DNA of 64,000 nucleotides from positions 140,223-204,222 of the forward strand of contig JACKFW010000001.1 of the NCBI GenBank assembly GCA_020632265.1, written 5' to 3'. Source of the DNA: Pseudomonadales bacterium. Lineage in GTDB: Bacteria; Patescibacteriota; Microgenomatia; UBA1400; PJMF01. Below, in pieces: positions 1-10,120 of the stretch (positions are counted from its first letter, which is position 1; each line of letters starts with the position of its first letter). The translations under genes and the position numbers were made by a program. The notes under the pieces were generated by a model that was not told the origin of the DNA, ran no database searches, and saw only the letters and a list, made by a program, of their open reading frames with translations.

Positions 1-512
1 AAAGACCTGGTTTACTGCCTGATGACGTAGCATCTGCTTCTGCAGAAGTTGTTTATTTGAAAGCTTTAGGTGGTGAATTAGCTCCCGCCGCATCACAATC
101 AGATGCAGACTTTATTCAAGTAGACCTCGATCGACTTCCAATTGATGATGTGTATAAAATGTATAGTCCCGAAGGATATAAAGGATCAATCAGAGCAATT
201 ATTACTGGAGCAATGACTGGCAATGACAGTATTGTCGACCTAGAAATGAACCATAATGTTGTTGATTATCATCAAGTCCACACTTATCCTCTAAGAAGTT
301 CCAGATCTGCCTGGCAAATCTTACAAGCCGGCGAAGGCTATATTGCTAACAAAGGAAAATCGGAACAAGCAGTAATTCGAACGATCACGCTAGGTTACTA
401 TGATGATTTCGAAGAACAAGAATATTTACAACCAATATATATTTTTGAAAATGAAGACGATGGTTTCTTAGGGTATGTAAGCGCATTAGAACCTACATAC
501 ATTCAAAAATAG
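1..512 (+). CDS. hypothetical protein, probably the C-terminal part of a gene that begins upstream of the window
   Basis: The reading frame is open from position 3 with no stop. The track ORF begins at TTG 57. No recognisable motifs. Confidence 0.35.
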   Translation, partial: RPGLLPDDVASASAEVVYLKALGGELAPAASQSDADFIQVDLDRLPIDDVYKMYSPEGYKGSIRAIITGAMTGNDSIVDLEMNHNVVDYHQVHTYPLRSSRSAWQILQAGEGYIANKGKSEQAVIRTITLGYYDDFEEQEYLQPIYIFENEDDGFLGYVSALEPTYIQK

Positions 513-607
513 ATTTAACAAACACCTATCAATCTAATCTATTAATTAAGAAATATCGAATCTTATAACCATTCGCAATTAACCCAATTTCAAGTTATAA
601 TATTCTC

Positions 608-2044
608 ATGAAAGTAAGAACAAGAATGGCTCCAAGTCCTACTGGAGAAATGCATATCGGCAGTCTTTCAATTTCTTTGAAAAACTATGCTTTTGCAAAA
701 AGACACAATGGTCAATTTATTCTAAGAATTGAAGACACTGACAAAGTCAGAGAAGTTGGCGGAGGTGTCGAAGAAATTCAGAAGATTCTCAAGGCATACT
801 CAATTGATTGGGATGAAGGCCCTGGAGTCGGAGGTTCATATGGACCTTACATTCAATCAAAGAGATTAAATATTTACCAAAAAGCTGCTGAAGAACTTGT
901 TGCAAATGGAAAGGCATATTATTGTTTTTGTAGTAAAGAAAGACTTGAGCAAATTAAAGAAGAACAAAAGATTTCTAAATCTCCTTCAAAATACGATGAA
1001 CATTGTAGAAACTTATCCCCAGAAGAGATAAATAAAAAATTGGCTCAAAAAGTTGAAAAAGTTATTAGACTGAAAGTTCCATCTGGAAAAGATGTTAAAT
1101 TTAACGATCTTATTAGGGGTGAAATCGTGGTCAAGTCTGATATTGTTAATGACCAAGTTTTGATGAAAAGTGACGGTTATCCCACCTATCATTTAGCAGT
1201 CGTAGTAGATGATCATATGATGGACATCACTCACATTATGAGAGGTGAAGAGTGGATTAGCTCCACTCCCAAACATATTTTGCTTTATGAAGCTTTTGGT
1301 TGGGAAATTCCTGTGTATGCACACATACCTGTTTACTTAAATCCAGATGGCAAAGGAAAGATGAGTAAACGCAAAGGAACAGTCTCTGCACAATCTTTTC
1401 TAGATCGAGGCTACCTTCCAGATGCACTGCTTAACTTTATGATGATTTTGGGTTGGTCTCGTGACGATGAAGTTGAAATTATGAATATGAAAGATTACAT
1501 CGAGAGATTCGATCCCAAAGATGTCAGTCCGAAATCTGTAGTTTTTGATATCAAAAAACTTGACTGGATTAACGGCATTTATATTCGAAAATTAGCTCTC
1601 CCAGAACTAGAAAAAAAAATTGAAAAGTTTTTACCAAATGACTTTCCAATCGATAAGCTTGAAAAAATTTTAAATTTAATTAGAGAAAGATTAGAAAAAT
1701 TATCCGATGTAGAACAGTTATCAAGTTTTTTCTACAGAGAAATTCAATTTGATAGCACTTTATTATTGAAAAAATCTAACTCTTCGGATGTCACAGCGCA
1801 ACTAACCAAAACTATAGAGGCGCTGAAAATCATTGAGGAATGGAATACAGCTTCAATTGAAATAAAAATTAGAACTCTTCAAGAAAGTCTTGACTGGAAA
1901 AAAGGTCAATATTTTATGATGTTGAGAATTGCAGTCACAGGAAAAAAGGCAACGCCACCTCTTTTTGAAACTATAGAAGTAATCGGAAAAGAATTGGTCT
2001 TAAAAAGGCTAAAGAATGGTATTCAATTAGTTAATAATTATTAG
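608..2044 (+). CDS. gltX: glutamyl-tRNA synthetase
   Basis: Class I HIGH-type motif (PSPTGEMHIGS) and KMSKS-type motif (GKMSKRKG). Length of 478 aa and overall GluRS-like sequence. Confidence 0.9.
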   Translation: MKVRTRMAPSPTGEMHIGSLSISLKNYAFAKRHNGQFILRIEDTDKVREVGGGVEEIQKILKAYSIDWDEGPGVGGSYGPYIQSKRLNIYQKAAEELVANGKAYYCFCSKERLEQIKEEQKISKSPSKYDEHCRNLSPEEINKKLAQKVEKVIRLKVPSGKDVKFNDLIRGEIVVKSDIVNDQVLMKSDGYPTYHLAVVVDDHMMDITHIMRGEEWISSTPKHILLYEAFGWEIPVYAHIPVYLNPDGKGKMSKRKGTVSAQSFLDRGYLPDALLNFMMILGWSRDDEVEIMNMKDYIERFDPKDVSPKSVVFDIKKLDWINGIYIRKLALPELEKKIEKFLPNDFPIDKLEKILNLIRERLEKLSDVEQLSSFFYREIQFDSTLLLKKSNSSDVTAQLTKTIEALKIIEEWNTASIEIKIRTLQESLDWKKGQYFMMLRIAVTGKKATPPLFETIEVIGKELVLKRLKNGIQLVNNY

Positions 2045-2086
2045 CCCTCATTGAGTTAATTGATAGTTCTGATGTAGAATGAATTA

Positions 2087-2992
2087 TTGATGTCTGCCCA
2101 AACACAAACACCATCTGAAGAGCTTATAAAATTAAAGCGATATTTAGAAAAAACTAAAACAGATTTTTCTAAAGGTAATACTGATTTGCTTGAGTGGCTC
2201 CATGATCGAAATCTCAAAATTGAAAATCTAGGTAAAATAACCGATTCTGATCAGACAAATATTGAGAGTGCCGCTAATTCAGTAGATTCTCAAGTTATTG
2301 AAAAGTTTGCCAAAGAACCTACGGAAAAAGTTAAACTTGAAACTGAAATTTCTCTTGAAGAATATGATGCAATTTTTGAAAAGCTCGTAAACCTTCTAGT
2401 CCTCCCTGCCGGACAACTTGAAAGAGAGTCAGAACTTTATTTAGAACAGCAACTCACAGATTTATTGGGGTTTGATGTAGCAGCCAAACTTGATGACCAA
2501 CAACTCAACCATTCCACTGGTTTACTTGGTCCCGAACCTCATTTAAAACGTTATCCTAACGATGAACTAAAAAATCATGACGATGTCTTAGAAGCAGGAA
2601 TTGCTAATGCTCGAAGTGCTTTTGGCTGGTTTGTTAATCATGGCCAAATCACTCCAGAAGCAACACAGTTTGAAAAATATTACTTTAGTCTTCAACTATA
2701 CCATTTGGAAACTTGGAGCTCACACTATAAAGAGCTTAAAGAATGGTATAAATTCAGAAAAATGATTGCAATCAACCCAATGGAGAAAATTGCAGTTGTT
2801 GGGGTGGTTGGAAACATTGATCATGAAAGCCAACTAAAAAAACAATTTGGCGCTTCACCAGAAATTATTCGAGAAGGCATGATTTGGAGTCCAAAATCCA
2901 GGGGAAAAATCTTATTAATGTTTGTTGATGATCCAGAAAATAAAGTTCCATTAGGTCCAATCGATTTTAAACAGTTATTTAAGCAAAACTAA
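2087..2992 (+). CDS. hypothetical protein
   Basis: Long ORF of 301 aa with no recognisable motif. Confidence 0.45.
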   Translation: MMSAQTQTPSEELIKLKRYLEKTKTDFSKGNTDLLEWLHDRNLKIENLGKITDSDQTNIESAANSVDSQVIEKFAKEPTEKVKLETEISLEEYDAIFEKLVNLLVLPAGQLERESELYLEQQLTDLLGFDVAAKLDDQQLNHSTGLLGPEPHLKRYPNDELKNHDDVLEAGIANARSAFGWFVNHGQITPEATQFEKYYFSLQLYHLETWSSHYKELKEWYKFRKMIAINPMEKIAVVGVVGNIDHESQLKKQFGASPEIIREGMIWSPKSRGKILLMFVDDPENKVPLGPIDFKQLFKQN

Positions 2993-2995
2993 TTT

Positions 2996-3340
2996 ATGAA
3001 TAATAATTTAATTAATGTAGATTACTTTAAAAAAGTGTTTTATAAATCTCTCTTACCGCTTGAAAAGATTAATGAGTTTTTATCAACATTAAATGCAGAA
3101 AATGTTGATCCGGTTACTGAAGTTTTAATTTCTATTTTCAATGTAAGAATTATTGATACTTTGTTGGAAGATTTTGATGACCTGGAGGATAAGAAACAAT
3201 TTTTACGGATGTGCCAAGATGATTTTCAAAACCCGAAAATACTAGACTTTCTTGTTGAAAAATTTCCAGGTAGTCAAGAAATAATTTCCGAAACTATTGA
3301 AAGAACTATTCTGTCGGCAAATAAATCTCTTTCCGACTAA
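2996..3340 (+). CDS. hypothetical protein
   Basis: ORF of 114 aa tightly coupled to the preceding ORF. Confidence 0.4.
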   Translation: MNNNLINVDYFKKVFYKSLLPLEKINEFLSTLNAENVDPVTEVLISIFNVRIIDTLLEDFDDLEDKKQFLRMCQDDFQNPKILDFLVEKFPGSQEIISETIERTILSANKSLSD

Positions 3341-3491
3341 GACTCATTAATTCAAAAAAATCGAATCTTGTTACTATTCAGTTCCAAATTGGTGGCCGAA
3401 AAGATGACGTCATGATCAATAAAGAACTTTTTACAAAAAACCATCATTATCGTATTCAATTATTGTCTTCATTGTAGTATCTTGTATTAGT

Positions 3492-3881
3492 ATGCTAATT
3501 ATTAATCTACATGTTGGCTCTCGCTATCCTATCAACCGGAAAAAACTTCGGCAAACAGCTCAACTGGTTTTAAAAGAAAACAATATTGAACATGCTCAAA
3601 TCGACATCTCAATCGTAGGAAAAAGAAAAATTAAAAAACTCAATGAATCCGAATTAAAACATGAGGGTGTCACTGACGTACTTTCATTCCCTCAGCACGA
3701 AAAAAATAATTTATATGACTTCCCACTTCCAGAGGGAATTCCACCACACCTAGGTGATGTTGTAATTAGTTTTCCAGAAGCAGTACAGAGTGCAAAACGC
3801 TACGGCAAACTTGTTGATGACCAACTTTGCTTTTATTTACAACATGGCATGATGCATTTACTGGGATATCATCATGATTAA
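3492..3881 (+). CDS. ybeY: rRNA maturation endoribonuclease YbeY
   Basis: C-terminal HGMMHLLGYHHD matches the YbeY H-x3-H-x5-H metal-binding motif. About 130 aa. Confidence 0.8.
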   Translation: MLIINLHVGSRYPINRKKLRQTAQLVLKENNIEHAQIDISIVGKRKIKKLNESELKHEGVTDVLSFPQHEKNNLYDFPLPEGIPPHLGDVVISFPEAVQSAKRYGKLVDDQLCFYLQHGMMHLLGYHHD

Positions 3882-3934
3882 AATTTTTCAAAGTTACAAT
3901 AAATTACCATTTATTAAACAAAGAAACAAAAATA

Positions 3935-5677
3935 ATGTCTTGGAATAGAAAATACCGACCAACTAGAATTGAAGATCTGCACCTTGATTCGGTGCGTACC
4001 CAAATTCATCGCATGATGGATGCAGGGAAAATTCCTCAGGCCCTATTATTTTCTGGACCTAAAGGAACAGGCAAAACATCCTCTTCAAGAATTATTGGCG
4101 CAATAGTTAATGATCCAATAAACTATGATCAAGTGGATCAAGCATATTTTTCAAAAAAAGGTCAAAATGAAGCTGATAATAAAAAACCTTCCAAGACTCT
4201 AAACTCCAAATTACTCGAACCTAGTAATGATACTGATTTTGCAAATAAAATATTTGAGGGTTCATCATTTGTAGTTCAAGAGATGGATGCAGCCAGCAAT
4301 CGTGGCATTGACGACATTAGACAATTAAAAACCATGGCCTTTATGCCTCCTCAAGCTGGAAAAATGTCTGTGTTTATTCTTGATGAGGCTCATATGCTTA
4401 CAACCGAAGCATTTAATGCCTTACTCAAATTACTGGAAGAACCACCTGAGCACGCAATATTTATTTTAGCGACCACCGAAATTCACAAAATTCCTGCAAC
4501 GATTATTTCTAGATGTCAAACCATTGAGTTTCATAAAGCAACAAATCAAGAACTTTTAAACACTCTGAAACAAATACTTATCAATGAAAAAATTAAATTC
4601 GAAGACGAAGCGCTTGAAATAATTATCAATCGAGCTGATGGTAGTTTTAGAGATGCCATTAAATTATTGGAAATGACGGCCCAAACAGGTCAGGTAACAG
4701 TCAAAGAAGTCGGAATTTATTCCGCAGCCTCAATAGACAATGAAGTTACAAATTTAATTGATAACTTGTTAAATAAAGATGAAGTAAAGGTCGTAGAACT
4801 TTTTGAGGAACTTAGAAACAAAAATATCGAACAAAAATATTTTCACAAATCCTTACTTGAAATACTTCACACCAGTTTATTACAGAATTTGGGCGTTAAA
4901 GAGGGAAAACCCTTGGTAAATAAAAAAATTGCTCAATTTCTTTTGACTGAGTTAAGTGATGATTTTCTATCAACTCCGAGTCCAATCCCCCACTTAACTC
5001 TCGAATTAAAAATTCTTGAATTAATTGATAGATCAAAAAATAAAAATTCTAAGACAGTAAAAAAAAATCCTGAAAAATTAAAAGTTTTATCAAAAAAAGA
5101 AACAGGATTCAGTTCTGGTTCAAGTTTTGATTCTGGATTAAATCCTGGTTCAAATTTAAATCCTGGTTCTAATTTAAATAATCACGATAACTCTGTCGGA
5201 ATAAACGACCTAAAGCAATTTGGTTCAGTAGACTCAAATATCAACTTAGTGGATTCCATCTCTAACACAAACTTTACCCCAAAGATTGATAAATTCTTTC
5301 CAAGTGAAACCAAAAGAGCTATTGAAGCATTAGATTCATTGGAATTGAATGGTGATGGCAACAAACTTTGTCAAAAATGGCATAACTTCGTTGACTTAGT
5401 AGCTGAAAATAATTCTACCCTTGCCTCACTTCTAAGATCTGCGAAGCCAATTTCTGGAAAAATTGGAGAAGCAACTATTGGGGTTTTCTATAAATTTCAT
5501 CAAGAACAATTATCCCAACCAAAATTTAACACCCTAATTCAAGAATTCATCAAAAGTGTTGCAGACGGATATTTAAAACTTGATTTTATTTTAACCCAAA
5601 CTCCAATCAAAGCTGAATTGGTTGAAATTGAAAATAATGAATCCTTAGCTCAGGTTGCTTCTCAAGCCTTAATGTAG
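3935..5677 (+). CDS. dnaX: DNA polymerase III subunit gamma/tau
   Basis: Walker A GPKGTGKTS and clamp-loader box ILDEAHML. Followed by ybaB as in the canonical dnaX-ybaB arrangement. Contains an S/G/N-rich tandem-repeat linker. Confidence 0.9.
   Translation: MSWNRKYRPTRIEDLHLDSVRTQIHRMMDAGKIPQALLFSGPKGTGKTSSSRIIGAIVNDPINYDQVDQAYFSKKGQNEADNKKPSKTLNSKLLEPSNDTDFANKIFEGSSFVVQEMDAASNRGIDDIRQLKTMAFMPPQAGKMSVFILDEAHMLTTEAFNALLKLLEEPPEHAIFILATTEIHKIPATIISRCQTIEFHKATNQELLNTLKQILINEKIKFEDEALEIIINRADGSFRDAIKLLEMTAQTGQVTVKEVGIYSAASIDNEVTNLIDNLLNKDEVKVVELFEELRNKNIEQKYFHKSLLEILHTSLLQNLGVKEGKPLVNKKIAQFLLTELSDDFLSTPSPIPHLTLELKILELIDRSKNKNSKTVKKNPEKLKVLSKKETGFSSGSSFDSGLNPGSNLNPGSNLNNHDNSVGINDLKQFGSVDSNINLVDSISNTNFTPKIDKFFPSETKRAIEALDSLELNGDGNKLCQKWHNFVDLVAENNSTLASLLRSAKPISGKIGEATIGVFYKFHQEQLSQPKFNTLIQEFIKSVADGYLKLDFILTQTPIKAELVEIENNESLAQVASQALM
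5059..5067 (+). promoter_or_regulatory. A9 homopolymer slippery site (A AAA AAA in the zero frame) inside dnaX; -1 and +1 frames terminate within 2-5 codons
   Basis: gta aaa aaa aat cct ga. The -1 frame reads aaa tcc tga and the +1 frame reaches taa after 4 codons. It sits at about residue 375 of 580, the domain III/linker boundary. Confidence 0.5.
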
Positions 5678-5771
5678 TTTAATATTAGAACGTCTGTGGT
5701 CTATATTCCAAAGATGTAGTAGAATTAGAACGTATCCTAAGAAGATATAATTAAAAAATAGAAAGGTATCT

Positions 5772-6053
5772 ATGGCAAATCCACTAAAAGCTTTGGGCGA
5801 TCTTAATCAATTACGAAAACAAGCTCAAGCAATGCAAAAACAACTTCAAGCAGAAGAAATTAGAGTTGAAGAAGGAGATATTTTAGTAGTTATTTCAGGT
5901 GATCAAAAAATTAAACAATTCTCAGTTCAAGGTATATCAAGCCCAGAAGCAATTGATGCATTAAATAAAGCAATCAAATTATCTCAAGAACTAGCTGCAA
6001 AGAAACTTCAGTCAATGACTGGTGGTTTGGGTGGAATGCTTGGGGGAAATTAA
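5772..6053 (+). CDS. ybaB: YbaB/EbfC family nucleoid-associated protein
   Basis: About 93 aa, coiled-coil-like and Q/K-rich, with a Gly-rich tail. Lies immediately downstream of dnaX. Confidence 0.75.
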   Translation: MANPLKALGDLNQLRKQAQAMQKQLQAEEIRVEEGDILVVISGDQKIKQFSVQGISSPEAIDALNKAIKLSQELAAKKLQSMTGGLGGMLGGN

Positions 6054-6134
6054 AGTTTTGATTAAAACCTCTTATAAATAATTTATCTTCAGGTCCAAAA
6101 TCGTATTTGGACCTCTTAAGTACAGGGTTAAGTT

Positions 6135-6722
6135 ATGAAAATTTTGTTTGCTTCACAAAATAAAGGAAAGCAAAAAGAAGCAAAGATTCTCTTTAAAGAT
6201 CTAGCCATTGATCTAGTTTTCCCCGATGAATTTAAGGAATTTGAAAATTTTGATGTTGACGAAACTGGCAAAACTTTTGCTGAAAATGCAACTTTAAAGG
6301 CCAAAGCCTACGCAAAACAGATAAATTTACCATGTATTGCAGATGATTCCGGAGTAATCATTGATGGAATGAATGGACTTCCTGGAGTTCATAGCAACAG
6401 ATGGTTTAATGGTACTTCAGATGAAAGAAATCAAGAAGTTTTAAATCGCTTGAAAAATAGAACTAATAGAAATGCTAGATATATCACTGTTGCTTGCTTT
6501 TATGATCCAAATACAAAAAAATGTGTTATATTCGAAGGTGTCCTTGAAGGCTCTATTGGTACAAAAATTATTGGAAACACTGGATTTGACTACGATAGAA
6601 TTTTTATTCCAAACGGATTTGATAAAACCTATGCTCAGCTTGGGGAAAATGTAAAGAATTCCACTTCTCAAAGAGCAAAAGCATTTAAAAAAGTTAAAGA
6701 CTACATAAAAAAATATAGATAA
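6135..6722 (+). CDS. rdgB: non-canonical purine NTP pyrophosphatase (Ham1/RdgB family)
   Basis: N-terminal ILFASQNKGK-E motif, ADDSG motif and about 195 aa are typical of the Ham1 family. Confidence 0.8.
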   Translation: MKILFASQNKGKQKEAKILFKDLAIDLVFPDEFKEFENFDVDETGKTFAENATLKAKAYAKQINLPCIADDSGVIIDGMNGLPGVHSNRWFNGTSDERNQEVLNRLKNRTNRNARYITVACFYDPNTKKCVIFEGVLEGSIGTKIIGNTGFDYDRIFIPNGFDKTYAQLGENVKNSTSQRAKAFKKVKDYIKKYR

Positions 6723-6750
6723 CGGTTAAAATTTTGGCCTAGAAAGATTA

Positions 6751-7962
6751 ATGACAAAACCTTACAATCCTCCACAAATTGTTTTGGAGCGATACGCTGA
6801 TGTATTAGTAAATTTTGCTCTTAACTCTGGAGTTGGGGTAAGAAAAAATGAAGTAGTTGAGGTAAATGTGCCAGATGTAGCCAAACCTCTTGCTAAAGAA
6901 CTTCAACGTGCAATTCTTAAAGCAGGCGCTCATCCAATTATTAGACTAATTCCAACTGGGGAATTCACAAAAGATTTTTTTGATCTAGCTTCTGATGAAC
7001 AACTTACTCATTTCCCCCAAAAATATTTTAAAGAAAAAATTAATTTGTTAAACCATGTCATTTCTATTATTGCCGACACCGAACCTGAAGAACTAAAAAA
7101 TATTGATACTAAAAAAATCATGAAGTCTCAGCTTGCTAGATATCCATACAGAGAGTGGATGTTTAAAAAAGAACGCAATCATCAATTTTCTTGGACTCTT
7201 GGACTCTATGGTACTTACGCTAAAGCAAAAATAGTTGGTTTAAGTCTCGAAGAATATTGGAATCAAATTATTCGAGCTTGCTTCCTTGATAAAGATGATC
7301 CAATTCAATATTGGAGAGATTTGAATAAGCTACAACAAGAAATAAAAAATAAATTGAATAGTTTAGAGATTGAATCATTAAATGTTGTTGGCGATGACAT
7401 TGATCTAGAAGTTAGAATTGGTGCTAACAGAGCCTGGAAAACAGGTGGTGGAGCTAATATTCCAAGCTTCGAACACTTCACTTCGCCCGATTGGAGAGGA
7501 ACTAACGGTTGGATAAAGTTTAATCAACCTTTATATAGATATGGAAATATCATTGATGGAATTGAGCTCAAATTTAAAAAAGGCAAAATAATTTTCGCAA
7601 AAGCCAAGATGGGTCAAAAGGTTTTAGATGACATGATTGGGGTAAAAGATGCAAATAAACTTGGTGAATTTTCTTTGACAGATAAAAGACTTTCAAGAAT
7701 TACCCATCCTATGGCAGAAACCTTATATGATGAAAACATCGGTGGTCCATTTGGGAATACCCACATTGCGGTTGGAATGGCATACAAAGATTGTTATAAA
7801 GGAGATCCGTCACGAGTTAAAAATAGCGAATGGAAAAAAATGGGTTACAATAATTCTTCCGTACACACAGATATGGTAAGTACAACAGATAGAACCGTTA
7901 CTGCCAACCTAGTGAATGGAGGAAAAATTGTTATTTATAAGGATGGGCAGTTTACACTTTAG
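6751..7962 (+). CDS. aminopeptidase, M29 (AmpS/PepS/aminopeptidase T) family
   Basis: N-terminal YADVLVNFALNSGVGV...EVV is typical of thermophilic-type M29 aminopeptidases. About 400 aa. Confidence 0.6.
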   Translation: MTKPYNPPQIVLERYADVLVNFALNSGVGVRKNEVVEVNVPDVAKPLAKELQRAILKAGAHPIIRLIPTGEFTKDFFDLASDEQLTHFPQKYFKEKINLLNHVISIIADTEPEELKNIDTKKIMKSQLARYPYREWMFKKERNHQFSWTLGLYGTYAKAKIVGLSLEEYWNQIIRACFLDKDDPIQYWRDLNKLQQEIKNKLNSLEIESLNVVGDDIDLEVRIGANRAWKTGGGANIPSFEHFTSPDWRGTNGWIKFNQPLYRYGNIIDGIELKFKKGKIIFAKAKMGQKVLDDMIGVKDANKLGEFSLTDKRLSRITHPMAETLYDENIGGPFGNTHIAVGMAYKDCYKGDPSRVKNSEWKKMGYNNSSVHTDMVSTTDRTVTANLVNGGKIVIYKDGQFTL

Positions 7963-8019
7963 AAAAAAAATTTAAATATCTAACCACATTACTGAATCAA
8001 AATAAATCTAAAGTGAAAA

Positions 8020-9834
8020 TTACCTATTCCTTGCTTTATTTCGAGCATCTTTGTTGAGTAGTTTTTTACGAAGTCTTAAATTTATTGGAGTAACTTCAAG
8101 TAATTCATCATCATTGATGAAATCTAAACATCTTTCTAGGGTCATTTCAACTGGAGGTGCAATTTTTATCAAGAAATCACCGGCGGATCTGAAATTTGTA
8201 AGCTGTTTACCTTTAGTAACATTCATTTCCATGTCTTCTTGTTTTTTGTTAATTCCAATAATTTGACCTTCATAAACTGTCTGTCCAGGAATAACAAATG
8301 TATCACCTCTCTTTTGAATGGAGTCTAATGAGTAGGCAGTCGCAGAGCCACTTTCTGATGCTATTAAAACACCATTTCTCGATCTTTCAATAAAATCACT
8401 GGCTGGAAAATATCCCATGAATCTACTCGCAAATATACCATTACCTCTAGTTTTTGTTAGAATTTCACTTCTAAATCCAAGAAGATTTCTACTGGTTATT
8501 TCAAAAATCATCTTATTACTACCTTTTTCATTTGTAATTGAATCTTGCATCATTGCTCGACGTTTACCTAATTCCTCTACAATTATTCCTGTGTATGTAT
8601 TTTCAATTTCTATAGTGAGTTCTTCTACGGGTTCATAAGTTTTTCCATCAATTTCCTTTAAAATAACTTCGGGCTTACCTACCTCCAGCTCGTAGCCTTC
8701 TCGACGCATGTTCTCAATTAGAACTGCTAAATGTAACTCGCCCCTTCCAGAAACTATATAACCTGATCCATTTTCATTGGGATTAATTCTAAGTCCAATA
8801 TTTGTCTTTTTCTCCCGAAGCAATCTGTCACCAATTTGCCTGACAGTTGAAAATTCTCCTTCTCTACCTGAGAGCGGAGAAGTATTTGCTGCGATTTGAA
8901 TATTTAGTGTTGGTTCAGTTACTGTAATCATTGGATAACCAGTAAGATCGCTAGGATCTGTGGCTGTTTGACCAATTTTTACATCTGTCAAACCTGTTAA
9001 AGAAATAATGTCTCCAGGTGTACTTTCTGCAACCTCTATGGTTTCTAAACCCATACTTGCAAACACACCTTGAACTTTGTATTGACCAATTTTTTTATTT
9101 TCTTCAAGCAATGCAACTTGTTGGTTTGTTTTTACACTACCCTGCTGAACCTTACCAATGGCACGAATACCTTTATAAGTATCATACTCGATGTTTGAAA
9201 CCTGCATTTTAAAAGGCATGTCTACACGAGTTGTGGGAGCAGGCACTTCTTTGATAATCATTTCAAAAAGTGGATCAAGATTTGCTCTATCTTCAAATGA
9301 ATTTGGCATTTCTAACCAAGCTTTTCCTTCTCTTGCCACCGCATAAACAATTGGAAAATCTAACTGATAATCATGATTTGCTAGTTGTAAAAATAAATCT
9401 TCAATTTCTTGTCTGACTCGTTTCACTTCGGCATCTTTTCTATCAATTTTATTAATAACCACAAGCATTTTTAAATTATTTTCAAGTGCTTTTTCAAGAA
9501 CAAATCTTGTCTGTGGAAGAGGACCTTCAGCTGCATCAACAATTAATAATGCACCTTCTGCCATACTAATTACACGTTCAACTTCACCGCCAAAATCCGC
9601 ATGACCTGGAGTATCAATAATATTAATTTTGATATCACCATACATAACAGCGGTGGTTTTTGCCAAAATAGTAATGCCTCTTTCTCTTTCTTGATCATTA
9701 CTATCTAAAATAGTTGTTTGTTGCATTTCAGCTTGGTTACTACGAAAAGTGTCGGTTTGTTTCAACATTCCATCAACCAAAGTGGTTTTTCCATGGTCAA
9801 CGTGAGCGATAATTGCAATATTTCTAATTTCCAT
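8020..9834 (-). CDS. typA: translational GTPase TypA/BipA
   Basis: G1 AIIAHVDHGKTTL, G3 DTPGHADF and G4 NKIDR motifs. About 604 aa. Confidence 0.9.
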   Translation of the reverse strand: MEIRNIAIIAHVDHGKTTLVDGMLKQTDTFRSNQAEMQQTTILDSNDQERERGITILAKTTAVMYGDIKINIIDTPGHADFGGEVERVISMAEGALLIVDAAEGPLPQTRFVLEKALENNLKMLVVINKIDRKDAEVKRVRQEIEDLFLQLANHDYQLDFPIVYAVAREGKAWLEMPNSFEDRANLDPLFEMIIKEVPAPTTRVDMPFKMQVSNIEYDTYKGIRAIGKVQQGSVKTNQQVALLEENKKIGQYKVQGVFASMGLETIEVAESTPGDIISLTGLTDVKIGQTATDPSDLTGYPMITVTEPTLNIQIAANTSPLSGREGEFSTVRQIGDRLLREKKTNIGLRINPNENGSGYIVSGRGELHLAVLIENMRREGYELEVGKPEVILKEIDGKTYEPVEELTIEIENTYTGIIVEELGKRRAMMQDSITNEKGSNKMIFEITSRNLLGFRSEILTKTRGNGIFASRFMGYFPASDFIERSRNGVLIASESGSATAYSLDSIQKRGDTFVIPGQTVYEGQIIGINKKQEDMEMNVTKGKQLTNFRSAGDFLIKIAPPVEMTLERCLDFINDDELLEVTPINLRLRKKLLNKDARNKARNR

Positions 9835-9888
9835 AATTATTTCTAATTTCCATAACTATTTTGAGTTTCCATAGTTATTCTTAATTTA
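9832..9888 (-). repeat. three tandem, roughly 19-bp copies of the typA start region (ATGGAAAYT...TATGGAAATTAG)
   Basis: The minus strand reads ATGGAAACTCAAAATAGTT, then ATGGAAATTAGAAATAATT, then ATGGAAATTAGAAATATTG, the last being the typA start. This creates two 9-codon uORFs (METQNSYGN*, MEIRNNYGN*), each overlapping the next ATG. Confidence 0.7.
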
Positions 9889-10120
9889 AATTATTATTAC
9901 AAACTCTTAATTAAATAATCATAAATCTAAAAACTCGATACAATCTCTTGGATAGAGATTTAAGCGAGAGTTCTATAACATTCAACATGAAAATAAATTA
10001 ATCTTATGAACTTGCGAACGTTGTATTATACAACATTTATTAACACATTGCTCATTCCAATAAGATATTTTCATAGTAATTTTAGTTTATTGCTCAAGTT
10101 GGGTTGATTCTAAACATAAT

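Noticed and set aside
5182-5364. Antisense or embedded short ORFs inside confident genes (for example 5182-5364, 6441-6671, 8051-8266, 9018-9212, 11508-11708, 13453-13644, 19056-19400, 32014-32244, 34225-34452, 56020-56256, 57314-57550, 62125-62325)
   Set aside because: Each lies entirely within a longer ORF with clear family motifs on the other strand or frame. They have AT-rich, low-complexity translations and no RBS or motif, so they are treated as spurious.
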